Source of the DNA: a bacterium
GTDB lineage: Bacteria; Eisenbacteria; RBG-16-71-46
DNA: 64,000 nt
Assembly: GCA_043779265.1 (NCBI GenBank)
Contig: JAYWEM010000001.1
Location: forward strand, 1 to 64,000
Reading direction: 5' to 3'
In this document: one piece after another, positions 19,738-28,196 of the stretch
How positions within the stretch are numbered: the stretch's first letter is position 1
Layout: every line of letters starts with the position of its first letter
Made by a program: the position numbers and the translations under genes
Notes under the pieces: generated by a model
What the model saw: only the letters and a program-made list of their open reading frames with translations
Databases searched by the model: none
Told to the model about the DNA's origin: nothing

Positions 19738-19842
19738 TTCTGGGGGACCGCAAGCCCGAGCCGGAGCGCTCGGGTCTGCCGCCTTCCGGCGAGTGCCGGT
19801 CGGCAACGCCACCCCCGCACGCCCGCGTGGAGAGCCCATCCG

Positions 19843-20202
19843 ATGCAGATCGAGGATCGTCACGAGGGCCCCGTGCTCATCGTCAAGCCGATGGAGCCGG
19901 CGCTCGACGCCTATGCCGCCGGCAGCTTCCGCGACCACATGGCCGGGCACATCCAGAGCGGAGATCGCCGCATCGTGCTCGACCTGTCGCAGATCCAGTT
20001 CCTCGACAGCACCGGTCTCGGCGCCATCGTGTCGAGCTACAAGCGACTCGAGGGTGACGGCACCGTGGTGATCTGCCACGCCGGCGAGATGGTGATGGAT
20101 GTTTTCCGACTGACGCGCATGGACCGGGTATTCCCGATCGTCCGCAGCGAGACCGAAGCGGTGAGCCAGGCTGGCCGCTACGAGATCCGCCGCGCCGCCT
20201 GA
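19843..20202 (+). CDS. STAS-domain anti-sigma factor antagonist (RsbV/HsbA-like)
   Basis: IVLDLSQIQFLDSTGLGAIV with phosphorylatable Ser; VFRLTRMDRVF. Confidence 0.92.
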   Translation: MQIEDRHEGPVLIVKPMEPALDAYAAGSFRDHMAGHIQSGDRRIVLDLSQIQFLDSTGLGAIVSSYKRLEGDGTVVICHAGEMVMDVFRLTRMDRVFPIVRSETEAVSQAGRYEIRRAA

Positions 20203-20224
20203 CCCACGCTTCCCCCGAAGCCAC

Positions 20225-20261
20225 GAGCGCCCGCGCTCCCGAGAGGGAGGCGCGGGCGCTC
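20225..20261. terminator. Probable intrinsic terminator between convergent genes
   Basis: GAGCGCCCGCG...CGCGGGCGCTC stem with GAGA loop followed by TTCGTT. Confidence 0.65.
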
Positions 20262-20289
20262 TTCGTTGCGATCGGGTGGCTTCGTTCGC

Positions 20290-23200
20290 CTACGGAGTCA
20301 CGACCACCGACCGCGTGGCCGTGAACTCGGAGGCGCGGAGCCGGGCGTAGTAGAGCCCCGAAGCCACGCGCCTGCCGCCCGCTCCGACGCCATCCCACGT
20401 GAACCGGTAGCGTCCTGCGGGCCGCTCCTCTCGAACGATGGTGTGGATGATGCGTCCCTGCGCATCGAGCACCTCGAGCCTGACCTGGCTTGCGCGAGGA
20501 AGATCGACCGCGAACGAGACACGCCCCGATGTGGGATTCGGCAGCGCCGGGCCCATGGCGAACTCACGCGGAAGGTCCGGATGCTCGACTGCGTTCCGCG
20601 ATGAAGCCGTGGTGGTGGTGTTGCTGAAGTGGCCCGCGACCTCGAGGAAGAATCTCCTCGTCAGCCCCTCGACCGGCGCCGGCGCGGCGAACAGTGCACT
20701 CGAAGGACTCTCAGGAGAGAGCACCAGCCCCTCACCATCCTCGGAACCGAGCGCGGCCACGTTCTCGAGCCCATCAGCCTGTAGCGCCTCGAGGAGATGC
20801 GTGGTCGTCGATGGAGCCAGCGAGCTCGCGAGGATGCGATCGAGCCCATGAACTCGTGTGGACTGGTCGGCGACCAGCCGAACGCGATCGCCCGCGATCG
20901 CCCCGATCCCGAAGGTGTCGATCTTCCGTCTCGGATGGATTCGGCGGATCGTCTGCCACGCGCCGCCCTGTCTTGCCTGGATGGCGAGACCATCGCCTGT
21001 TCCGGCCGAGGCGCGCTCGCACCGAAGCGCGAGGCCCCGGGCTTCTGCGGACGCCGGCCAAGCGAACTCGAGTGCCTGCCCCGGTGCCATCAGCACGCCG
21101 TCCTCGGGCGAGCGGAAGAGGTCGCCGAGACTCACTCCCGACTCATCCAGCACGACAGTCGGGGGCTCTGCAGTGCCAGCGAGGATGCCATCGGCTGTGG
21201 CGACCACCAGCACCTCGGCCGGGTGATCCACCACATGGAGTCGCATGGCATCGATCAGCGCACCACCTCGTGCCGAGGTGGTGAGTCGGACGGCGTAGCG
21301 CTCGCCGGTGGCATCGAGCGAGAGATCCGGCAGGCTGGCCAGTTGACGAGCCAGTGTGCCCGGCTCCACACCGTCGAGGAACGTGTTGCGCTCGGTGAGA
21401 TCCGATTGGGACGGCAACATGGAGAGGGCCCCGGCTCCACCGCGCCAGCTCAACGGATCCCACTCGCCACCGCCACCTCCGCAGAATGGCTGGCAGGGCG
21501 GCACACTCTGCTGGATCGTGATCTTCACAACGCGAGTGTCGACGTCGCCGCTCCCATCGGTGGCCCGGATGATCGCGTAGTGCACACCCGCGGCGGGCTG
21601 GGACCAGATGAACTGCCCGTTGTTGATGGCCGAGCCGGCAGGAAGCGAGGAGTGGACGAAGGAGACCACCTCGCCGTCGGCGTCCGAGGCGTTGACCGCG
21701 AACGTGAGGGCGTTGGCGGTCTCTCCCGTTTGGTCGGGGACAGCTAGGACGGGGGCATGATCGTCGTGGATGCGCTCGATCCACAGATCGATGTCGCCGC
21801 TCGACCGATGTCGCCGTTCGTAGGCGAAACGCTGTCCGCTCTTGGACCAGGCCGGCCTGTCCTGGAAATACTGCAGGTGCTGCGCGCGATAGAACGTGTC
21901 CCGAGGGGCGGACAGGGTGTCGAGCATCGCGACTCGCTGGGCGATGGTGCCCGCGGGACAGCCGAGGAGCGGGTTATCGGGCGCAACGGATGCTCGATTG
22001 TTCAACGGTCGTCTGTCGGCGATGAGAATCGGCCCACCTGCAGGATGCGGGTCGAACCCGGTGAGACCGAATCCGATCGCAGGCTCCTCCGTGAACTCGC
22101 CGCCCCAACTCCAGACGCCGTGCAGCCTTCCCCCCTTGCCCTCGAGCGGCATGAGGATCCGGGTCCCGTCGGCGTTCCATCGCGGCTTGGTGAAGGAGAT
22201 ATAGGTTCCGATCGTATCGATCAATCGATCGCCCTGTCCGTCCAGCCCCACCCAGCGAAGGTAGGCGAGTTCGCTGTTCGGGGGGATGTGAACATAGGCG
22301 ACACCCCGCCCGTTGGGCTGGAATGCGGGCATCGTCGCGTGTCCGGGCTGAGTCGAGATCGCATAGGGGCTCGCCGACGTGTCCGTCGTGGACCGTACGT
22401 AGATGGCCCCGGTGGATCCGATCATCGCCTCGAATGCGATCAGGTCGCGAAGCGGGGACCAATCGGGAGCGTACTGCTTGAAGTTGGTCATTCCGGTTCC
22501 GACGAGACGATGGGGCGAACCATCCATCCTTCGCCGATAGACCTTCGGCAGGGGTGATACGGAGAGGTCGGTGGCGCTGTACGCGATCTCATCGGAGTTC
22601 CAGGACCACGCCGGCAGGGCATCCCCGAACCCCGCCACCGCGCTGATGGGACCCGGAGGGGTGTAGGTGGCGCCCTCCGGGAGCAGCCGAACATCCAACC
22701 GATAGGGCACCCGCTCCCCGTATTGGGTCCCGAATTCATTTCCGCCATCGAGGGTCCCCGACTTGCCGTCCGCCAGAGTCAGCGTGAGGAACGCCGCCTT
22801 GTGTGTCGTGCCGAACTCGGGCACCACGATCGAGATCCTGCGACTGTCGAGCGAGTCGGTGCAGATGCTGTCGAGCGCGGTCGCCATGACCGCGGAGTTC
22901 GGGTAGCGGAACAGGTCGGACTCCTCACCCCCTCCATCGATTCGGTCATAGCCCACGACATTCGCGAGAATGCGAGCGTCCTTGTCCAGGAAGGTCCCGC
23001 CCGCGACCACATCGCAGGAGTAGCACTCGGTCGGCGTGATGTTCACGACGAGGGTCCTCGCGGTGCCGATGAGGCCGCTTGATGGCCGGATCACCCAGTG
23101 ATTCGCGGCGTAGGGCGCGAGTGCGAGCGGCATCTCGGCGCCGCGGAAGCTGCGAATTCCCACCAACGTGGTCTCACGGTCGACCTGCGCTGAGCCCAGT

Positions 23201-24537
23201 TCCAGGATCGCCGGGATCGCGACGATGTCGTCCTCGTCGCAGCCGTCGATCGACTGCCAGGCGCGCAGATGTCGTGCGGGCGAGAACCCGCTCCACGCGG
23301 GGTAGCCGAATTGGCTGTCTGCCAGCGCCGCATTGCCTACGAAAGTGGCGACGCGCCAGTTGTGCAGGAGAGCCCCGAGTCGAGCACGTCTCCCCAGCGG
23401 TCCGGCAGGAGTTCTGAAGTAGTCCTTCGATCGGCAGGTCACGCAGCTGTCGTCGGTCAGGAACGTGCCGAGGCCGTCGAGCGAGGCGTATCCAGCGCTT
23501 TTGCGCCACCGGTACATCAGGTCGTCGCGCATGCCGGAGAGCGTGCGAGCAGTGTCCGCGTTGAGGAAGTTGTAGGCGAGATAGGCCATGAAGGACGTGC
23601 GGCCCTGGTAGTTGGAGCGGGACCAGCGATTCGTCCAGCCTGATGATCCGCAGCCGATCGGATTTCCCTGCGAATCACGGAGCACATTGAGGTTGTTGGC
23701 GAGAAGCGGCCAAGTGTAGGGCACCTCCGCCGTCGCGGTGGTGTCGAACACGCCGCCGACCACCTCGGCGCCGGCGGACCATAGTTCGGAGTAGGACCCG
23801 GCGCGTGCCGCTCCGGGGAGGGAGTGCTGGAGTTCGTGGTTCCAGTTCAGGCGGTGGAGCCCGTGGAGCCTGGTCCAGCCCTCGCCGTCCAGGTCGATGG
23901 CGGCCGCCGAATGCGGACCCGTCACCTGCATCGAGTTCGCAGGCCGTACGTCCCCGTTGGCTCGGCCACTCGAGGCATCCTCATCGAGCGTCGTGAAGTC
24001 GGAGGGATAGGTCCCGCCTGTTCCCACGCGAGAGGGATGAACGAGATAGCCGTCGGCATGCGACCGGTCCTCGTTGGTGAACGTGCTCGCGCCGGTGATG
24101 TCCCCGCCATAGCCGACGCGGACCGCGGTGGAATCGCGCGGGTTCGTGGGATTCCAGTCGCTTCCCTGACGACGGAAGTAGTCGTAGACCACCTGGATGT
24201 TCCGAGCGTCAATGGCGATGGGGCTGCCGCCGAGCGCGAGCAGGGCAGCCGTGAACCCGTCAAGCGTGGCCCGGACCTCGAACGAGAGTGTGTCCGGGTA
24301 CATCGAGTCCCAGAGATGCTCGACATCGCGAGCGGTCAGATCGATGCCCTTCTGCCCGGTCCGATGCGGATGGAAGGTCTCGACGCTCGGAACTCCGCCC
24401 GACGTGGTCTGCGTCGAGTCCGGGTTCGCTCCGCACGACTCGACCCCCGAAGCCTCGAGTCGAGCGGGAAGAAACACCAACGTCGCGATGAGCGCTGCGA
24501 ACGCCGCATTCGCCATGATCGAGTGGGTCCGCCACAT
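20290..24537 (-). CDS. Large secreted multidomain protein (HExxH region, TolB/PD40-like repeats, Ig-like domain, C-terminal FlgD-Ig/T9SS-like domain)
   Basis: Signal-like N-terminus after AGGGGG; NHELQH; PAWS/PDWSP/PAFQP/PRWN repeats; PNPTSG...WDG...ASGLYYARL C-terminus. Confidence 0.75.
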   Translation of the reverse strand: MWRTHSIMANAAFAALIATLVFLPARLEASGVESCGANPDSTQTTSGGVPSVETFHPHRTGQKGIDLTARDVEHLWDSMYPDTLSFEVRATLDGFTAALLALGGSPIAIDARNIQVVYDYFRRQGSDWNPTNPRDSTAVRVGYGGDITGASTFTNEDRSHADGYLVHPSRVGTGGTYPSDFTTLDEDASSGRANGDVRPANSMQVTGPHSAAAIDLDGEGWTRLHGLHRLNWNHELQHSLPGAARAGSYSELWSAGAEVVGGVFDTTATAEVPYTWPLLANNLNVLRDSQGNPIGCGSSGWTNRWSRSNYQGRTSFMAYLAYNFLNADTARTLSGMRDDLMYRWRKSAGYASLDGLGTFLTDDSCVTCRSKDYFRTPAGPLGRRARLGALLHNWRVATFVGNAALADSQFGYPAWSGFSPARHLRAWQSIDGCDEDDIVAIPAILELGSAQVDRETTLVGIRSFRGAEMPLALAPYAANHWVIRPSSGLIGTARTLVVNITPTECYSCDVVAGGTFLDKDARILANVVGYDRIDGGGEESDLFRYPNSAVMATALDSICTDSLDSRRISIVVPEFGTTHKAAFLTLTLADGKSGTLDGGNEFGTQYGERVPYRLDVRLLPEGATYTPPGPISAVAGFGDALPAWSWNSDEIAYSATDLSVSPLPKVYRRRMDGSPHRLVGTGMTNFKQYAPDWSPLRDLIAFEAMIGSTGAIYVRSTTDTSASPYAISTQPGHATMPAFQPNGRGVAYVHIPPNSELAYLRWVGLDGQGDRLIDTIGTYISFTKPRWNADGTRILMPLEGKGGRLHGVWSWGGEFTEEPAIGFGLTGFDPHPAGGPILIADRRPLNNRASVAPDNPLLGCPAGTIAQRVAMLDTLSAPRDTFYRAQHLQYFQDRPAWSKSGQRFAYERRHRSSGDIDLWIERIHDDHAPVLAVPDQTGETANALTFAVNASDADGEVVSFVHSSLPAGSAINNGQFIWSQPAAGVHYAIIRATDGSGDVDTRVVKITIQQSVPPCQPFCGGGGGEWDPLSWRGGAGALSMLPSQSDLTERNTFLDGVEPGTLARQLASLPDLSLDATGERYAVRLTTSARGGALIDAMRLHVVDHPAEVLVVATADGILAGTAEPPTVVLDESGVSLGDLFRSPEDGVLMAPGQALEFAWPASAEARGLALRCERASAGTGDGLAIQARQGGAWQTIRRIHPRRKIDTFGIGAIAGDRVRLVADQSTRVHGLDRILASSLAPSTTTHLLEALQADGLENVAALGSEDGEGLVLSPESPSSALFAAPAPVEGLTRRFFLEVAGHFSNTTTTASSRNAVEHPDLPREFAMGPALPNPTSGRVSFAVDLPRASQVRLEVLDAQGRIIHTIVREERPAGRYRFTWDGVGAGGRRVASGLYYARLRASEFTATRSVVVTP

Positions 24538-24667
24538 GTGCACACCCCCTGTGCTTCGGGCTCTCGAGCCCGTGTCCTGCGAACGGCTCCCGTCATCACG
24601 CGGTGATTGCAGGAATGCGAGATGCCGGAACGAGTGAGCTCGTTCGCTAAGACGAAATATGGCTTTC

Positions 24668-24678
24668 GGGGGGGGGGG
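24668..24678. repeat. G11 homopolymer in divergent intergenic region
   Basis: 11 consecutive G directly visible. Confidence 0.9.
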
Positions 24679-24701
24679 CAAGGTCAAGTAACATCTCGAA
24701 C

Positions 24702-26444
24702 ATGTGGTGTCTGGGCGTTGGACTCTCGACGGGGCGGCGCTCGCGGCGAATCGCGCGGCTGGTGCTGACCGCTGTGCTGGCAGGTTCGGCACTCTCGCCT
24801 TCGGGAGCCGACGCGCTCCCCAGTGGCAGGGCATGGACACCGATCGACACGCTTCGGATCCATGGCCATCCGTACATGGCGGCAGAGAGGCTCGATACCG
24901 ACTCCGCGGATGACCTGCGACTGATCGTCACCGGACAGTACGGGCCGGGTGATGGCGCCTACGGGATGAAGTGGGCGGACAGCGCTTGGGTCGAGACGTG
25001 GTCGGGCATCCTGGACAACTACATCATGTGGCCGACGTCATCACCGCGCGACGAGCGAATGCTCGTCTGGAAGACCACGGTGCCTCCGGTGGGGCGGCGG
25101 AGTCACCTCGTGACGGCAACGGCCTTCGGCGACTCCATCTCGGCGCCCGATACGGTGGCGGTGTGCGATGTCGAAGCCTTCATGTACACGGGCGCGGTCT
25201 GGGGCGACACGCGGTGGGTCGCGGTGCGGGACCTGGACAACACGACGCTTGGCTTTCCCTTTCATCTGCGAGTGTATCGCTCTCGAGCCTCAGAGCCGTG
25301 GACGCTCGTTCGCGACGAACACCTGGGCTTCTTCGGGGTCCGGGGCATCGCGATGAGAGCGCTGGACTCCACCCGTGTCCTGATCGTGACCGCGAATCCG
25401 GACTTTCGAGTCCACTGGGGGGTGCTAGCGGACACGAACTGGAGCGTCTCGAACTCGGCCTTGAGCGCCCAGGCGCTGGTGAACTCTCCTCAGTTCAGGG
25501 CGAATCCGGATCGAAGCGACTGGCTTGTCTGGGCACAAGGCGATCGTGGGATCTACGCGAACCGCCTGAGTGGAGAGGCCTGGGTCCAGACGGACACCCT
25601 ACTCTCCGCCTTTCCCGACGGCTTGCGCTGGAACTTCTTTCAGCCCTACGTGAGCAAAGACTCCCATCCGTATCCCGCCGTTGCCTGGCACGGATTCAGC
25701 GACGCGAAACTCATCGACCACGTCTGGGTCGCGTTCCCGAACGACTCGGGCTTCGGTATCGGTGAGAAGCTCGATGGCACGGCGTTCGGCTACTTGCCGC
25801 AGGTGGCTCGCGACGAGAACGGCGACGTATGGGTGGCATTCTCGCGTGATCTGGCGGGGGCGTTCTGGCTGCACACCCATGCGACCGCGACGACGAGCGT
25901 GCCGGAGGTGGTGGAACTCGGTGGCCGGCCGCTCGTGCGCTGGTCGCTCAGCGTGCCGAGCCCCGAGACATGGTGGGCGGTCGAGCGAGCCGTGGGGTCT
26001 GGCGAGTTCGAGGTGGCGGCGCGCGTGCGAGCCACGGACGAGCAGGCGATGCAGTGGCATGACACGACGGGGCCAATGGATCAGCCGCTGCGCTATCGCA
26101 TCCGCCGCGAGAGCAAGGACGTGCGGTATCGGTGGTGGAGCGAGGAGGCGGCCTGGGAGGTGCGCGGGCCGGTGCTGCGATTGAGCCGGGCGGGTGCCCA
26201 TCCGGCGACCGAGGCGATCGAGTTCGAGGTCACGGGAGCCGCCGCGGGCGCGCTCACCATGCGGCTGCACGACCTGCAAGGGCGGCTGGTGCTGACCCGG
26301 CCGATCGTCGCCGCGGGCACGGCACACGACATCGTGCGCGTGCCCTTGGCGGGCACGTCGCTGCGGCCGGGGCTCTACCTGCTCAGTGTGCGGGGTGGCG
26401 ACGGACGCAAGTCGGCCGGCCTGAAGGTCGCGGTGGTTCGCTGA
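24702..26444 (+). CDS. Secreted hypothetical protein, Trp-rich beta-repeat body with C-terminal sorting-like domain
   Basis: Signal-like N-terminus (…SGADA); C-terminal HPA...LHDLQGRLV...LRPGLYLLSV motif. Confidence 0.7.
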   Translation: MWCLGVGLSTGRRSRRIARLVLTAVLAGSALSPSGADALPSGRAWTPIDTLRIHGHPYMAAERLDTDSADDLRLIVTGQYGPGDGAYGMKWADSAWVETWSGILDNYIMWPTSSPRDERMLVWKTTVPPVGRRSHLVTATAFGDSISAPDTVAVCDVEAFMYTGAVWGDTRWVAVRDLDNTTLGFPFHLRVYRSRASEPWTLVRDEHLGFFGVRGIAMRALDSTRVLIVTANPDFRVHWGVLADTNWSVSNSALSAQALVNSPQFRANPDRSDWLVWAQGDRGIYANRLSGEAWVQTDTLLSAFPDGLRWNFFQPYVSKDSHPYPAVAWHGFSDAKLIDHVWVAFPNDSGFGIGEKLDGTAFGYLPQVARDENGDVWVAFSRDLAGAFWLHTHATATTSVPEVVELGGRPLVRWSLSVPSPETWWAVERAVGSGEFEVAARVRATDEQAMQWHDTTGPMDQPLRYRIRRESKDVRYRWWSEEAAWEVRGPVLRLSRAGAHPATEAIEFEVTGAAAGALTMRLHDLQGRLVLTRPIVAAGTAHDIVRVPLAGTSLRPGLYLLSVRGGDGRKSAGLKVAVVR

Positions 26445-26447
26445 TCT

Positions 26448-26885
26448 CTACGCCGCCAGGCGCTTGGTCATCGCCAGGGTGTTGCGGCCGGCGGCGGAGC
26501 GATACTCCACGTGATCCATGATCGAATGGATCAGATGCAGTCCCATGCCGCCCTCGGGCAGGTTCGCGGTGTCCGCCGGGTCGAACTCGAATCGCGGCCG
26601 CTGCGGCCCGCGATTGGGAGCGCCCGCATCGCACACTTCCACATTCAGTTCGTCTCCCTGATGCACGAACGACACCATCACCACGTGCCCGGGTTCGAGG
26701 CGATAGGCGTGGCGGATCACGTTGTTGATGGCCTCGACCAGCGCCAGTTCGACGAGCGCCGAGGCGCGCTGCTCGAGGCCCGCCTCGATGCACAGCGCCT
26801 TCAGCGCGCGTGCCGCGAACTGGACCTGGTCGAGCCGACTGTCGAGTCTCAGCTCGATCCGCCGCGGCCGGGGGGCGTTGCTCAT
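26448..26885 (-). CDS. Anti-sigma factor / Ser kinase (RsbW-like HATPase)
   Basis: ELALVEAINNVIRHAY, VCDAG, EGGMGLHLI; ATGA overlap with upstream gene. Confidence 0.9.
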   Translation of the reverse strand: MSNAPRPRRIELRLDSRLDQVQFAARALKALCIEAGLEQRASALVELALVEAINNVIRHAYRLEPGHVVMVSFVHQGDELNVEVCDAGAPNRGPQRPRFEFDPADTANLPEGGMGLHLIHSIMDHVEYRSAAGRNTLAMTKRLAA

Positions 26886-28057
26886 GCCGCCCTCCGCTCG
26901 AGCCCGAGCAGCGTGACGTCGTCGGGGAAGTGGTCGCTCGCGCTCCAGGCGCGCAGATCGTGCTCGATCGCCGAGACCGTGGCGTCGAGCGAGTGCGAGC
27001 AGCCCTCGCGCACGGCCTGCTCGAGCCGATCGATCAGGAACGGCCTGCGCTCGGCGTTCGGACACTCGGTGACGCCGTCGGAGTAGAGGAACAGCCGATC
27101 GCCGGGGGCGAACGGGTGCGTCTCCTCCTCGAACGTGAGTCCCGGCAGCATGCCGATCGGGAATCCCGATTCGCCGATCCGCTTGAGCTCGCCGCCTCGC
27201 GCCAACACCGGCGAGGGATGTCCGCCCTGCGCGATCGTGAGTTGGTCGGTCTCGGCGTCGATCAGCCCATAGAGGATCGTGAAGTACTTCATCGAGTCGA
27301 CGTCCGCCTGGAAGCGGTCGTTCAGTTCGGCGAGCACCTGCGCCGGCGGCAACGGCAGCATGCGCCCCTTGGCGGTACTTCTCAGCAGCAGGCCCTCGGG
27401 CGACAGCATCTTGCTCAGGGAGAACGACAGCATGGCCGAGGAGACGCCGTGGCCGGCGACATCGAGCAGGTAGAAGGCGGTGAATCGCGCGCCCAGCGCG
27501 TGCACGCCGAATACGTCGCCTGCGACCATGTTGGCCGGATGCAATCGCCACGAGGATCGGACCGCCGGCCACTCCTGTCCTGGAGGGGGTAGCAACGTGC
27601 GCTGCAGACTGGCGGCGGCCTCGAGATCGGCGCGCGAGGACTCGAGCGCTTCGCCGAGACGGCGGCCGCGCTCGGCGAGATCGCTCTCGAGTTTCAGGAC
27701 GCGCTCGCCGGCTCGCACCCGGGCTCGCAGTTCCTCGGCTTGGAACGGCTTCTCCATGAAGTCATCGGCGCCGGCATCCATTCCCTCGACCAGCGCGGCG
27801 ACACCGCTGCGCCCGGTCAACAGCACCACGTACGTGTAGCCCGAGCACTGGCCGGCGCGGATACGGCGCGTCAGTTCGATGCCGTCGACGCCGGGCATCA
27901 TCCAGTCGCTGATGACCATCCGGAACGGCTCGCTCTGGTAGAGCGCCCAGGCCTCCTCGCCGTCTCGCGCGACCACGACCTCGTGACCCCATTGCGTGAG
28001 GGTGCGGGTGAGGATGAGCCGGATGACGGATTCATCGTCCGCGACCAGGATGCGCAC
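26882..28057 (-). CDS. Response regulator receiver + SpoIIE/PP2C phosphatase (RsbU-like)
   Basis: ILVADDE, ISDWMMPG, GADDFMEKPF; AGDVF, LDVAGHGV, LYSDGVTE, DDVT; GTG start inferred. Confidence 0.92.
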   Translation of the reverse strand: MRILVADDESVIRLILTRTLTQWGHEVVVARDGEEAWALYQSEPFRMVISDWMMPGVDGIELTRRIRAGQCSGYTYVVLLTGRSGVAALVEGMDAGADDFMEKPFQAEELRARVRAGERVLKLESDLAERGRRLGEALESSRADLEAAASLQRTLLPPPGQEWPAVRSSWRLHPANMVAGDVFGVHALGARFTAFYLLDVAGHGVSSAMLSFSLSKMLSPEGLLLRSTAKGRMLPLPPAQVLAELNDRFQADVDSMKYFTILYGLIDAETDQLTIAQGGHPSPVLARGGELKRIGESGFPIGMLPGLTFEEETHPFAPGDRLFLYSDGVTECPNAERRPFLIDRLEQAVREGCSHSLDATVSAIEHDLRAWSASDHFPDDVTLLGLERRAA

Positions 28058-28140
28058 GCTCGGGCCTCGCTTGCCCAAAGCTGGGCGGCGGGATAGGGAT
28101 AGGGGGCGCCTCGTGGCCGGTGGGACCGGCCCTCTTCTGA

Positions 28141-28168
28141 TTCTCGGTCGATTCGGCGCGCGGCTTGA
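28141..28168 (-). promoter_or_regulatory. sigma28-like promoter of REC-PP2C/RsbW operon
   Basis: Minus strand TCAAG-N15-ACCGAGAA. Confidence 0.6.
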
Positions 28169-28196
28169 GGCTTCGAGAACCTTGCAGGGAGGGCAC

